Below the pieces are notes generated by a model. The model saw only the letters and a program-made list of their open reading frames with translations, did not search any database and was not told the origin of the DNA. A stretch of DNA of 64,000 nt. It comes from Thalia democratica (Eukaryota). Positions 12,089 to 25,626 of the stretch are shown here, one piece after another. Positions within the stretch are counted from its first letter, which is position 1. Each line of letters opens with the position of its first letter. The position numbers and the translations under genes were made by a program. The stretch is taken from the NCBI GenBank assembly GCA_965202585.1, contig OZ241832.1:33852001-33916000 (forward strand), written 5' to 3'.

Positions 12089-13599
12089 ATGAAATTGTCG
12101 TTAATTTTCGGAGTTTTGCTGGTTGCCAGCTCGGTGTGCGCGCAAAAGAGAAACGTCGCAAGCTCGGCGCACAGTGCGGTGGACGGCAGCAGAGGTTACT
12201 ACTACTACGTGGAAGAAGAAGACGACCGGAAGTGGACCGAAGGGCAGTGCAGCAAGGCGTGCAACGGCGGAAAGAGAACGGACACGAGACCGTGCCTGGA
12301 CGACGACTACTGCGTGGAAGAAACGGTGGTGGACTGCAACCAGAGGACTTGCAAAGGTTAGGCATCAGCTTTCAGATAAAAGTATACATTTGTTGTTTCT
12401 GTTTACTGTTTGTTGTACAACGGTGACAAAGGTTTAATGTCAAACTAACACCTTATTTTAGAATTTAAAAAAAACGCACGACACTTAACAGGTCTTGCAG
12501 TGGTTGAACCGACCAACTGTTTTCAACGGAGTAAATTTTTAAATAAAAAAACTATTCAACACAGACGCCGCGCTGCAATGCGGATCCGGGGTGCAGCACA
12601 GTTACGACGTGGGGGATTCCCAGATCCGCGCCAGCTCCCACTGGCACTACCCGCACGAGACCTACAACGAGCGCCACAACCAGAAGAACGGCAGGCTGTT
12701 CGGCACCACCGGTATCGGCGCCTGGGCCGCATACGGTAGGAACTTTTAATAGTATTTTGGTAGGAACTTTTACTAATATATTATATCGAATTCAGATGAC
12801 ATAACAGTGAGTTTATTAAATACGGCACTTTGATGCCGACGCTTAAGAATGTTGCTCAAAGGAGCCGAAATTTTATATTAGATTTAGATGCCATAACAGA
12901 AACTTTATTAATATATCAGTGAAAGGACTCGATTGTAGACCTTTCGATCGTCGAGCATCTCAACTTTTTACTTTTGCTGTTTTGACAAACTCCTTACTTT
13001 TTGAAAATAATGAGTTGTAATTTGCAGAAAACAAGGACCAGTGGATCGAAGTGGACTACTTGACGGACAAGACCATCACCGGCGTGGCGACCCAGGGCCG
13101 GGCCAATGGATGCCCCAGCTTGAACTCGTGCAACCAGTGGGTGACCAAGTACGCGGTCATGTACAAAGTTGACGGCGGGCACAGGTACCAGTACGTGAAA
13201 AACAAGAACGGAAGTAAAAAGGTCAGTTTTGAGCTTTCCAATAACTGTTTGGTTTCATCATTTTTTTTGCATTCAAAATATATTTGCTCTTTTTCTTAAA
13301 AAAAAACAATGATTTTTTTGATGAAGTAAGTATTCACTTTATAAGTCTGTAATAGTTTGTGGTAGTTTAGTTTGTTGAAGCAAAAGCAAAAACATTTTAT
13401 ACATTTTTAGCTAATACTCTAAAAAAAATAAGTATTAGAGTCTAAAATAAAACTCTTGCAGGTGTTTAATGGAAATAGGGACAGAAATACCGTAGTAGCT
13501 CACAATTTTCCCGAGCCAGTCACTGCAAGGTACTTCAGAATTATGCCGTTGTCTTGGAACGAACACACTACATTGAGATTTGACTTTCTCGCTTGTTAA
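12089..13599 (+). CDS. Secreted protein: signal peptide + thrombospondin type-1 repeat + discoidin (F5/8 type C) domain; 4 exons, 256 aa
   Basis: Exons 12089-12356, 12565-12735, 13028-13221, 13462-13599. All introns GT-AG, phases compatible, 771 nt including stop. TSP1-like KWTEGQCSKACNGGKRTDTRPC; FA58C motifs IRASS, GAWAA, QWIEVD, ITGVATQGR, QWVTKY, FNGNRDRNTVV, ARYFRIMPLSW, LRFDFLAC. Confidence 0.9.
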
Positions 13600-14284
13600 A
13601 CAGTCACGTGAATATTTCACTGTTTGCATGCCATTGCCTATTTTAATCAAGTTTATTTTGATGGCTGAAGTAATTTTAAAACAAGAAAATTATTTATTTT
13701 GTGTCATACTAAGTTTCAATGAATTATTTGTGCTGTAAATATGTTTTACTTTCCTAATAAAACTATTATAAATGTGTTTCGTATGATTACCAGAAAATGA
13801 AAAAAACTAAACTACTTATCACGTATTTTATTGTAAAAATCGATTAACAATATATAGTTATTAGAGTTTTTATTCAAGCTTTTTTTTTTGCAAATTCTTA
13901 GTATAAACATACCTTGTAAATTTATTAAATGTTTCTGAATAAGTTATTTTTTAAACTAACTGAAAATAAGTGAGGATTTTTTATGTGCTTTTTATTTAAC
14001 AAAAAAAAATTACGTCTTCAAAACTGCAAAAGTTAATAAAATATTTAAAACAACAAAAAAGTAAACCAATTATTTAAAATATTACATATAAACTAATACT
14101 GTTTAAAGTCGGTCCTACTAAAAGATAGTCTTAAACTTATAAAAGTATAAAGACCATTCGTCAGCCATAATTGTATTGAATTTATGAAATATTTAATTCG
14201 AAATACATATTTTTCTATAGTCAAACAACAGATAACAGCCCTAAAATTTTTTTTTTTCATTTTGATTGTGCTTTTTAATTTTTA

Positions 14285-14540
14285 AGTTGCGCAGTTAACA
14301 GGCTTCTGCAAAACTTAAAAGTTACAAAAAGTTTTTTTTTTTAATTTACGTGTCAATAAAAGTTGTATTGCAAGTTTCAATACAAGTTAGCAGTTATATG
14401 CAGGAAATATGTAGGTAGTAAATTTATTCTACGCAGCTAATTGAGTTTGCTGTTATTAAAGCAATTGCTTTAAAGTATAAAACTAAAGTGTTTTTTAAAA
14501 TAGCTATTTTCTTAGAACAAAATTTAAAATAAATTTAGAT
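14285..14540 (-). repeat. Inverted partial copy of the 7560/9690 repeat family
   Basis: Contains TGCAGGAAATATGTAGGTAGTAAATTTATTC, the reverse complement of the family core. Confidence 0.75.
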
Positions 14541-16811
14541 AATTAAAATGTGAACAACATTAATTAAACTCATTCTGTACAGGATTAAAGTGTTCATTGA
14601 GTTTACATTATAAAAAAGTTCGTTATAAACTCTGAGAAAAACAACGTTAAAGTAATTGTTAAAATTATTATAGTAATTCTTAGTTTCATAAGAATTGCTG
14701 ACTTAATATATCTAACTAAGTAAATTTATTGAGATGTCATCTTGTAAAACTTTGTAACCATACGGCAATTTTGATGTAATTTAAGCCTCTCTAAAATTAT
14801 AGGTTTTATTTGTAGTAAATAAATTTTTTGTCACTACTATACGCATGGCGATCTAAGTAAAATATGTATAATGATCTAAAATACAATTATAAATGAAATT
14901 TGTAGGTAAAATTAAGCTTGGTATTTTTTAATTTATTCAAATTTTTTAAGACTTTAAATTTTTTTTATATTAGTTCTATAGATATAAAATAATTTAGTTT
15001 AATTTAATTTATTTATTATTGGTGTTCAAGCTTATTTTAAGTGCAACAATTTTTTTTTCTTTTGCTACATAAGTTTAGATGAAGCATAAACTGACTTAGG
15101 CTGGTCTTTTTTCTTCAAAGAATTTCACTTTTGTCGAGGTAAAATATAAAATGATAACAAAAATTATTTATTATTATTAAATAACTATATAATAATTTCA
15201 ACGAATTAAAAAAATTAATTAGGGCCACTCTAAAAATAAACCTGTAATTTGCATATGCCATACAATAGATTCTGTTGTATTGTAGTTTAGAGAGCTAAGA
15301 TTAGTATCACAGAATTTAAAATTTATTTTGCAAAATATATATCTTGCAAATATGTCTTGCAAAACTTATTAAAAAAATTAAAAAAAAAGTTTTATAAAAC
15401 TTCTACAAGTACAACATAAAAAAAAAAAACAATCATCGTTTTCAAAAAAAATTGTACGTTTATTCTTAACTTAAATTGTTGTATGCGTTTGTTTACCATT
15501 TAAGCAATTCTTATGTGCGGACTGCGGACCAATTTTGCAAAGAAATGTATAACAGTTTACTTAACATAACTATTATTTCAACTTAATTTACTTTTAGTTT
15601 TTTTTTCTCTAGGAAAAATTTAACTAAATAAAAAAATTTCTCTGATGAAAGTTTAGAAAAAGTAATTTAGCTTTATAAAAATACAGCAATTTCATAAAAA
15701 TGTAATTTGGAACTTCTGTATAGAGTTAGAATTTCAATACAGTAAACTACGTAGCTTCATCACCTACTTACTTATTGACAAGCTTCTTCAAACTGACCAG
15801 TAACAAGTAAGTGGCTTGCGTCTGCGTGTATAGTACTAAAAGTTGTATTATATATAAACATAATATAGAATCAATACATATACACTATTTATATATACAC
15901 ATGGATTTATTTTTTCTTGATTAAAGTTTATGTGCTCGGTAAATGCTTCCGATGAAACAAGTAAAATTAAATAAATTAAAATAAAAGTTAAATGTTAAAA
16001 AAAAAACTTCAGTTTATTAACATTGAACTTTAATTCTTACTACTTTTTATAACTGGCTGAAATTTTGATTCTCTTTGAAAATAAATACAACAAACTTTTT
16101 TATTAGTACTTCAATTTTTCATTCTAAAAAATAGTTATTTAGTTTGTAAACAAAAAAGTTTTTATTCTAAATTCGTGTTTGAACTGCCAATTTTTAATTA
16201 CAAATCCCAATAAACTTTAAAAAGTAAGGTTAGTATAGTATAATTAAGTTCAGTCTGACTGAGCTGAAAAAAACTGAGAAAAAGCTGAGTAGGCAAAAAA
16301 TAAGTTAATTTAAGTTTTCGTTTTATATTTCGATTAATTTTTAAAATTTTTGGCTAAGGTGGGTTAGGGATAAAGCTATAAAAAGTAAAATTTAAATAAA
16401 GGCTGACTCAGCTTTTTTCTCGCTGAGAGACTGACTCTCACTCTAAGTATACATCCGAAAACTAGTAAGACCTAATTTTTAAATAGTAATCAACTTGGGG
16501 ACTTTTATATTTTTGTATATGTTTAGTCAATGCTAATCAGCTATAATACATTGTTTGGCTCTCTTGAAGCATGGTACATAATTAAGAATCCAAAGCACTA
16601 TTTACTAATGATAATATTAATTGACAAATAAAGTTAAGTGAAATTGTTTATAGTTTTTACGTTTGGTAAAGCTAACTTAAAATTAGCTTATTTGAAAATT
16701 ATTTGAAATTTGAAAATATTTTTTTTACCTCATCATATTTCAAATATAGTGAATAGATATGAAAGAAATTGTGAATACTCACAACTATGGTCAATAGATT
16801 GGTGTGGAGAA

Positions 16812-17190
16812 CAGGGTTGCCACTTTACCTGGAAACCTGGAAAAACCTGAAAACACCTGGAATTTGACAATTTAGGCGAAAAAAACCTGAAAAACCTAGA
16901 ATTTGATAAATTTTGAAATACACCTGGATAAACCTAGAATTTTGAACAAAAAACGTGGAATTTTTCAACAATTTCAACATTTTTAGTAGTAAAATTTCAA
17001 TTTGACACCAATATCTATCATTTAAATGAAGTTTTTTTTGTATTATCAAAATTTTTATATAAAAAAAACACGTTTAAAGTAACTTTACAGTATCTTTTCA
17101 ATGTTTTTTTACTATTTTACACAGTTTCTTTTATTAAACTTAACTTGAAATTAAAAATAGACACCAAAAATGTGTAGTTTTAAAAAGTTG
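16812..17190 (+). mobile_element. CAGGGTTGCCAC-family MITE, right end truncated
   Basis: Left TIR CAGGGTTGCCAC with AAAAACCTG(G/A) subrepeats; body colinear with the 30465 and 33014 copies; no right TIR found. Confidence 0.7.
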
Positions 17191-20100
17191 TGATCTTAAC
17201 TGGGTAAAGTTTGCTAAAGAAGGCTTTTTGATCTTGCAACGCTAAACTTGGAGAGTTTTCAAAGCTTTTGAGAAAAAACATAAAATAATATCACTATAAT
17301 AAAATCAAAAAGTGTTAATAATTGAAATAAATTTTTATTACTTAAAAATAAAAACAAAAGTAGACAAAACCTAAAGAAAACATTGCGGTTAAAGTTATGG
17401 TACTTAATATTCTGCTTATACAAAACTAGAACACTAAATGATTGTTCATAAATGTGAAACATTACATTTTCAACATTTGTTTTTTAAAATGATATTTTAT
17501 CGATTTTCAAACGCTTTGTAGTAAAACTTTTTTTCTTAGTTAATCCTTAAAATAAAGATATAATACAGTCATTTTTTTAGTTATGAAAGAGAAGTTTTTT
17601 AAAGATATGGTTTGAATTAGCAATTCGAATGTTAAGACAACAAACATCTAAGTTAGGTACAGCCCCAAAACTATTATAACAACAATGGACTGCAGTGCAA
17701 AATATGACTGCTTGGTAAAGTAACACATGTGCAAAACGTCATTATTACTGATAAACGTATGAGGTTACTTTGAGATTTATTAAGTATTAGTTTTTTTCTG
17801 AATTTAAACAAATAGTGTTTGACTACTTTACTAGTTTACAGTATTCAACTAAGCTTATTGTTTCTATTAGTCCTGGACATGACGTTAAACTGTTCTAGAA
17901 TGAACTGAGTAGTTTTTTTTCGTTCACCAGGTCCTTGGACCAAACCTTTTGAGCGTTTTTTGTCGTTCAACAAACAAACAATAATATGTAAGTTCAGTTT
18001 TAAAGTACTGAAATTATATAAGACGTTTCAGGAATGACGATAAATATTTTATATGTATACTTTCTTTTTGATTAAAAGAGACTGAGTTTTAACTAATGTT
18101 TTATTTTATAAAAACCAGCTTGTTTAAAAAGTGTTAAGAACTTCATATTTAAAATTTACAAAAAAAAAAAAAATACTCACAATGTGAGTCTAATAATTTT
18201 ATTTTTCTTTATAAATTACCTTAGATAATAATATTTTTCATAAGAATTTTATGAGTTAAAGACTATAAGATGTATATATAACAAAACTAAGGTTTGTTTT
18301 AAAAACTATACTGCAATGTTTTAACTTTAACTTAATCATCTTTTTTTTCCTCTATAACAGTAACAAATTAAATTAAACTTATCATAAGAAAATTGTTTAA
18401 CTGTGTTTATCGCATTTATAAACTTTAAACAAGCTACAATGTTATAAATATCAAGCGCTGTAAAAAAAAAACCGTTTAACTTATTTTCTTATACCATTTG
18501 AAGCGAAGTTAGTAAAAATTTTTCACAATATCAAAATACAAAGGGACAACAACCTTTTATAAGTAGTTTTTAGAAAATTCTTGATTTTTTAAGAAATATC
18601 TTCATGGTCACTGTAATTTTGAAATTTTACAGTTTAAAAATTCCAAAAAAATTCTTGAAAGCAAAGTTGTGATAAAAAACTACAGTTACTTTGAGTTTAT
18701 TAAATACATATTAAAGTTTAGTATGAAAAAACTATCACTTTGCTTGTTTTACACAAGTTGTTTTCAGTTTAAAAATTTGTCGCGAACCAAAGATTTTTAC
18801 TTGGAGGACCGGATCTAGCATACAAGCCGTATATTACCGAGCATCTATCCAGTCCCAATCTTATATTTTTTAAGTATTTTAGACAAAAACATTAATCACA
18901 ACTAAATATAAGTTTGACTTATATTTGTATTGACGGGCACAAATTACTAGATACTGTTATATTTCTAGATAATTATATAATCGCATTTAAACATAGTCTT
19001 ATCATTTTGTCTGAATAAACATTTTAATATACTACAATGATTTTTTATTTAAAATAAGTCTATTGGCTAGCTCGTCACCTGAATTTATAACATTAATTAG
19101 TCTATTTATGATAAGTGAATTACTGTCTTAATTTCAAGCGTTTTGTGATTTTGATCGTTGTTTAACGAGCTATATTACTAAAATTTTGATGCATTTTTCG
19201 TAACTTCCATAAATTTTTAAAAACATCTGCATTTATCTTTTTTCAGTATTTTTTTATGTACAATAACTTTTAAACAAACATGAGCTTTAAAAGTAAAGCA
19301 AAGTCATTGCATAAAAAGATAAGTAGGCTACTAGTTTTAAAAAACACTGTGTATGATTTTGTATTACACAAAAACTTACAGGTTTTTTTTTTATATTACA
19401 AAATTCTAAAAAATCGTTCTTAAATATAAAAAACAAACAAATTTGAACTCAGTTTATACTACAGACTTCAAAACCTTATAATAAAAATAATTCTTAATAA
19501 TCTAATCAAATAAATAATTTTAAATTAGAAATTAAGTTTTTTTAGCCAGTTAATAACTTCTAATAAAATGTTATTGTTTTTAGCAGCATAAATAGGTTTT
19601 TTGTGTTACTTTTAAAAATTTATCTATTAAATATTTAATATTGTGTAAAAAACTTAATTTTGAACTTAAAGAGATTAATAGAGCAAACTTTAGAAACTTT
19701 AAAATTCATAACAGCTAATGAAGAGTATTAAATATTTTGAATAAAACTCTTAAACTATTAAATTAAGAACAGTTTTTGGACCAAACTTTGCACATGGCCT
19801 GTTAGAAGTTTACTAAGTAGTTTGTAGTTATTATTTGATTATCTTGCAAGGTAGATTTAATTAATGACAATTTTTGAATTCAATTTATTTTAGCTACAAA
19901 AAACCTTTTATTATATTCTTGTGTTTAAGATGTTGGTCGATAACAAGATTAAAAGGACTAGATTTAAATTAAAAGCTTAAAGTTAATTGACTATATTTTT
20001 TGAAAATAATTCTTAAAATAGTCTGCTTTATTCTTAAAATTACATTAAAATTTAAATGTTGTAAAATACTTATTTCAACAAGAAGTGTTTACGAACACTT

Positions 20101-20222
20101 TAACTTAAACTAATAGGTTAAGCAAAACTTTTCAAAACCTAGAAGTTTTAATTAACAAGTTCAAGTTATTACCGAGAAAATATTTTATCTACAAAAACCA
20201 TTTGTTCCAGTAAATATTAGTA

Positions 20223-21239
20223 ATGAGCAGCTTTGAACCATCGGTGACCTCTGCTGTTGAAGATGAGGCGAATATCGATTTGAAGCAGGTGATGGCATCG
20301 GTCGGCAGCGCAATCAAGCAGTACAAATTCAGCGATTACATTTCAACGAAGCTGCCTTCTCAAGTGTTGCAAGACGTTTCCGCCAAACTGAAGAACTTCG
20401 AGCTAGGTAGGCTTTCATCTTACAAGTATCCTCTGCTGTTTACTGTGGCCCTGTCCACTTCGATCGGTCTGATTTATTCAATCAAGCGTCACCGCTCAAA
20501 CTTTTCCGAAGCTGAAGGCCATGATATTGAAAATATCAAAACAAGCAATAAAAATATTTCTTCTAAAAAGTCGATTAAAAATGCTGCACTTTCTTCAAAT
20601 AAAAATTCTAGCAATTCTCGACATAGCACAGATTTACTGGAGCCGATTGGAAACGATTCTAATACAAACAAAATTCTCAACAATTCTTCGCAGAGCACGG
20701 AGTTAGAACTTTTCTACTACTTACAAACTTCTTTCGCTAAAATTGAAGAAACAGTGAATCGAATAATGAAAGAAAACCAAAAAAGAAGCAGTCTGTTTAC
20801 GAATTTTCTAAAAGTTGTGATAGAAAATTCAACGCTTGAGATGAGTGTCTTACGAGCAAAGTTCCGCTTGGAAAAAGGCTCTTGCCATTGGATCATGGCC
20901 GAACTGCCAGTTTTGTTTATAGGAGCAGTAATCGGTGTAATATGTGAATTCAACAAAAAGGGAAAAAACTCGCGCAATACTAAGGAACTGAATATTCGTT
21001 TGGAACTGATCGTGAAAAGTAGCCGTGAGTTTTCCGCAATGTTCGGTAGAATGCTGGTCATCTTGAACGGGAGCGGTCAGTATTCTCAAACAGTGGTCGG
21101 TGAGATTGAAAGGGACTTTGAAAATTCGCTTCGCACGTTTGAATGCACCGCGAAAGATTCTGTTGAGTTCGAGGTTTTCAAGATGCTGGCGAGCCACTGC
21201 GTGAACTGCTTTGAAATCGTGTGGTTGAAGGCTGAATAA
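20223..21239 (+). CDS. Intronless protein of unknown function (338 aa) with a predicted N-terminal membrane anchor
   Basis: 1017-nt ORF, GC higher than the flanks. Hydrophobic YPLLFTVALSTSIGLIYSI followed by basic KRHR, a Ser/Asn/Lys-rich linker and a helical-looking C-terminal half. AATAAA ~105 nt after the stop. No family recognised. Confidence 0.7.
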   Translation: MSSFEPSVTSAVEDEANIDLKQVMASVGSAIKQYKFSDYISTKLPSQVLQDVSAKLKNFELGRLSSYKYPLLFTVALSTSIGLIYSIKRHRSNFSEAEGHDIENIKTSNKNISSKKSIKNAALSSNKNSSNSRHSTDLLEPIGNDSNTNKILNNSSQSTELELFYYLQTSFAKIEETVNRIMKENQKRSSLFTNFLKVVIENSTLEMSVLRAKFRLEKGSCHWIMAELPVLFIGAVIGVICEFNKKGKNSRNTKELNIRLELIVKSSREFSAMFGRMLVILNGSGQYSQTVVGEIERDFENSLRTFECTAKDSVEFEVFKMLASHCVNCFEIVWLKAE

Positions 21240-24159
21240 CACGTTTTGTTCGTTGTGAATTGTTTTGTTCCCTTCTCGTTGATTTATGTTTTATGGAGTA
21301 TTGTTTTGTTTTTGGTTACTTTGAACTGGTAGTTATGTTATTCGTGAATAAACCTCAACAAACACAGTGTTTGTACTATGTAGAATATGTAATTTATACG
21401 TTAATGTTGACCAATACCGAGTTATGTTGACACATTCTTTTATTGAAAACTGTTAAGGGAAAAATCGGAAACACTCAACGGCTAAATAAATCTTAATTTA
21501 GTTTCAGTTAAGTTAGTAGTATTCTTTACTATATATCAGTAAAAAAAAAGATATGAAGTTCATATGGAGAAACTAACAATTTATAACATAATGCGATTAA
21601 CCTATAATTAATCAAGTATAACTTATTATATACTGAAAAAGATTCATAAAGCTTATATCTCTTCTTGACATTAAAAAATAAATAATTTTTATTAGAAGAG
21701 TACAAAACTGTCTGCTTTAAACTTAAAAAAAAACCTTTGAAAAACATTTGTTGCCCTTCTAGGACAAGTTGAATTAAAAGTGTTTTCGAAGTTTCATTAA
21801 AATAACCATCAATGTTTTTGAAAATTTGTCACTTTTGCATCAGATGTTTTTGTAAAATCACTCGAGCCCTACTATTCATCAGTCGCACAAGGGCTTCTTT
21901 TCTTTTCAATAAGTTAAATTACGATTAACCCAAAATTTTTTAGTTAAAGAACCGTTTAACATTTGTTTATATTAGCTATTAGTTTTTGAATAGTTTCATT
22001 TTTCATGTTTTAATAAAATACTGCTTTACTAAAACACATTTTATTGCTGTTTTTCAAGTGCATTTAAGCTCCCGAAGCACATTTGTTACACTATTAACTT
22101 AAACAAAATCTATTTAGATTTTGGCATAAACTATTGCTTAAAAACAGTAAGGTAATTATTAAAACATATTAAAGAAAATTATTTTAAGTTTGTGTAAATA
22201 AAAAAAAAAAAGGTATATTTGTAATACCCTGTTTTATAATTGAAAATATTTTTGACCATTTTCAGTAGTTTTTCGTAAAAGAATCATGAGTCATTTTTAT
22301 GTGGATAGGAAGTAATAAATTTATAAAAAATGTTTGTAAACACACATTTTTAAGTGGTGTAATAAAAAGATATAAGTTTGGTTTAAAACTAGGGGTGAGC
22401 AACGTTTCAAGTCCGCGAATCAGATGTGGAAAAATTTAGTCCTTGCCGGACCGGAGAGTCTTAATTTCATTTAAATCACGAAAGTTACTCAATTTATTAT
22501 TTCATTTAGACAACAAACTAGTTACAATTTACGTTTTTACTATTTCTAGTGTAAATTTAAAATCACCTACAAATTGTAAATTTAGTTTTTTAAACTTTCA
22601 TCTAAAATATTTGAAAACTTAGTGTGAACTGCGGCCTGTAGTCTAGATCCGGTCTTCCAAGTAATAATATCTGGTTTGCGAAATATTTTTAAACTGAAAA
22701 AACTTAAGTAAAACAAGCAAACTTATGCTTATCTCATAAAAAACTTCAATATTTTTATATTTTAAACATGAATCACCATCAGTAGATTTTTATAACATCT
22801 TATTGTTTTAAATTCTTTAAAAGTAAATTTTTTAAGTTACGGTGATACATGACATTTTCTATAAAATCAAGCATGCTAATGCCTTTTTAATAATTCTGAC
22901 CCACTACTTTTTAAAGACTGGCGAATTACTGATTTTGCTGATGATAAAAAAGTTTCAATAAGTTTGCCTAAAAGATCACAATACAATTAAGTTTCAAGGT
23001 TTTGTTGCAGATGTTGATATTTATTACAACGAAGCTTTATTTGATCTTAAATGCAATAGTGATAGTGAACTTCTCTTCCCACAAAATTTCTATTTTGTTT
23101 ACTACATTTACACAGTAATTAAACGAATTGATGAATAATTTTAATGAAAAAATGTTGGTTCTTTTTAGGTAGATTTAAACAGTATAATTTCAAAAAAATA
23201 TCATAGCTTAATTAAGTTATTTTATTTTTAAATAGTGTTTAACGCTAGAGATCGTTTTTAAAAACTTCTACAAAACCACATAAACGACATTAGTGAAACA
23301 TTTTTTAAACAATTTTTAGGAGTTATGTAGAGTATGAGGTTGGATTGAGTAGAATTAATAGAAAATGATTTGTTATAAAAAATTCAAAATATTTAATAAA
23401 AAAGCTTAGATTAATTTAAAACTAAAAATTTAGAAAAAGTTTTAAAACTAAAAAAAAAATATAATTCAAGAGTTACTATGTTTGTGCAGCTATTTTTTAT
23501 TATTGTTACATTTTATGTAAAAATAATTTTTTTTGAAATTGACACTTTTTCATGTAAGGTATTAAAGTCAACACCGTACTCAACTCATTACCTGTATAGT
23601 TTTAATAGACACTGTTTAGTACACGACTTAGTTTGTTTTGAATTATGAATGTTATTTTTAAGAATATGTTTCTTTTAAAAACAACATTTTTGTATTCAGT
23701 TATGCGAGTAAACATAAGATTAAATCATTCAAATTAAAAAGAAGTATGAAGTGTGTCAAAATTATCTTAAAATATATGAAATTTTAATAAAATAGTTGTT
23801 AAAAAGTAAATTAATTTAAATACAATTTTATTTTAATGTTTGAATTGAAACAGTTTTATACTAATTTTATTTCATTATAAAATTAAATAAGTAAGATCAT
23901 AAGTGAAAATAACTTAAAATGTATCAAAAATGTAGCACCAATATTGAACTGAAATTACATTATACTTGATGTCTAGTTTAAAGCCTAACATGTTTAGTCT
24001 AAAAAGCTACTTTGTTTTAAACAATCTTTTAAAAATAAAATAATTAAAGTTGTTTATTATAAACTAAAAAAACTTAAATATTTAATTGATTTTAGTTTAT
24101 AGATTTGTAGTCAATATAAAGTATTGTATTGGTATAATCGATTTATATTGTAAACTGAT

Positions 24160-24833
24160 GGGCATAGGGGAGGTAAACACCCTTTTTTGGTTTTTGATCT
24201 TATTTTATATAGTTTTTACTAAGCTACAAAATTCTTTTTAGAGATTTAAAAAGTTCAAAATATTTTTTTAGATAAAGCTGGTCAAAGGTGGAGGCAACAA
24301 TAGGTTCCTTATGGGAGACACAAACTAAAAGGCAAATAACTAGAAATCACTAAAAATCTATCTCCTCCTACGTTTTTTGAGATATCTACCTCAAATTTTC
24401 ATGAAATGTTCCTTGCAATGTTTAAAAAATTCTGTTAGAACAGAATTAAAAAAAAAATTAAAATTTTATATCAAAAAAATCAAAAAAAAAACTTTTTTTT
24501 TTGGTTTATTATTTATATAATTTTTTTATTTTTTTAATTTATTTTGACGGAATTTTCTAAATATTATAAAGGAAAATGTCCTAAAAATTTGAGGTAGTTA
24601 TCTCAAAAAACGTAGGAGAAGATAGATTTTTAGTGAAATAGTCTATTTTTGCCGTTTTAGTTTGTGCCTCCCATAAGGAATCTATTGTTGCCTCCAACTT
24701 TGACCAGCTTTATCTAAAAAAATATTATATTTTATTTTGAATTTTTAAATCTGTAAAAAGCATCTTGAAGCTTAGTAAAAACTATATAAAATAAGATCAA
24801 AAACCAAAAAAGGGTGTTAACCCCCCTATGCCC
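24160..24833. mobile_element. Foldback MITE with long inverted arms (GGGCATAGGGG...CCCCTATGCCC family; Kolobok-like by TTAA flanks of sister copies)
   Basis: Arms of roughly 300 bp are reverse complements of each other (e.g. GATAAAGCTGGTCAAAG / CTTTGACCAGCTTTATC). Fragments also at ~4560-4800, 28340-28512, 50215-50368, 51900-52228, 58915-59350. Confidence 0.8.
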
Positions 24834-25293
24834 TGAAAGCAATTAAATATTCAAGTTTTATTATTTATGTACTTTTAGAATATCAATTTTAGTTTAAAAT
24901 ATGGCTAAAGTAGACCTCAAATAAAATATAAAATCAGTTTTATATTGGTACACATCATGCTAGGTAATTACCAAGATTTTATTACACAAGACTTCAACAA
25001 AAAATGATGCATTCTAAACAATTTAAAATTCAAGTTTTCAAAAGTTTGTATTATAAGCATCTAACAACCTTCATAATAAATATCATCTTAAAAGGCTGTC
25101 AACTTAAAGTTGCTTTTTAAAATTTATAACAAAAATTTAATGTTTTAATTTATAGGATAACTAAATAAATTCACACTGACTATTTTTTCACAAGAGGGAA
25201 GAGTAGGTCTGATGTAATTATACCTTAAAAATATCTCAAGTTTACAAAAAGATTGATTGTACCAATTTGATCATTAGACCACAAGCTTTATTA

Positions 25294-25336
25294 GACTTAG
25301 ACCGGCTTGGTCCTCATTAGAACTCATCAGTCAGTC
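25294..25336 (-). ncRNA. Degenerate minimal type I hammerhead ribozyme motif
   Basis: Minus strand reads GACTGA-CTGATGA-GTTC-TAATGA-GGAC-CAAGC-CG-GTC-TAAGTC. Same layout as the 58146 hammerhead but the core GAAAC is changed to CAAGC; stem I pairs 5 of 6. Confidence 0.6.
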
Positions 25337-25626
25337 ACAACCGAAAATCTTGCAATCTTCAAGCTACAAACGGTTTATCATGCTTTTGCATGAAGCAACC
25401 GTTGCTGGTATAGGTCTACCAAAGCTTTTGTGATCTGATGATCGAATTAGTATGATTAACACTTTTGTAAACTTGAGCTTGTCTCATGGCATACAAAAGT
25501 CTAGGCTTCTGCTCTGCAGACTTTTGCCCATATTTTGGTGGTTGAAAAATATCTTAAACTGCTATTCTACTAAATATATTACTAAAGGCTAACTTTTACT
25601 TTTACAGATACATATTTTTTATACAA

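Noticed and set aside
21750-23400. Short open protein-like patches (e.g. KEALVRLMNSRARVILQK on minus; FQGFVADVDIYYNEALFDLKC on plus)
   Set aside because: Could not be linked into a gene or matched to a family; probably decayed TE or pseudogene sequence.
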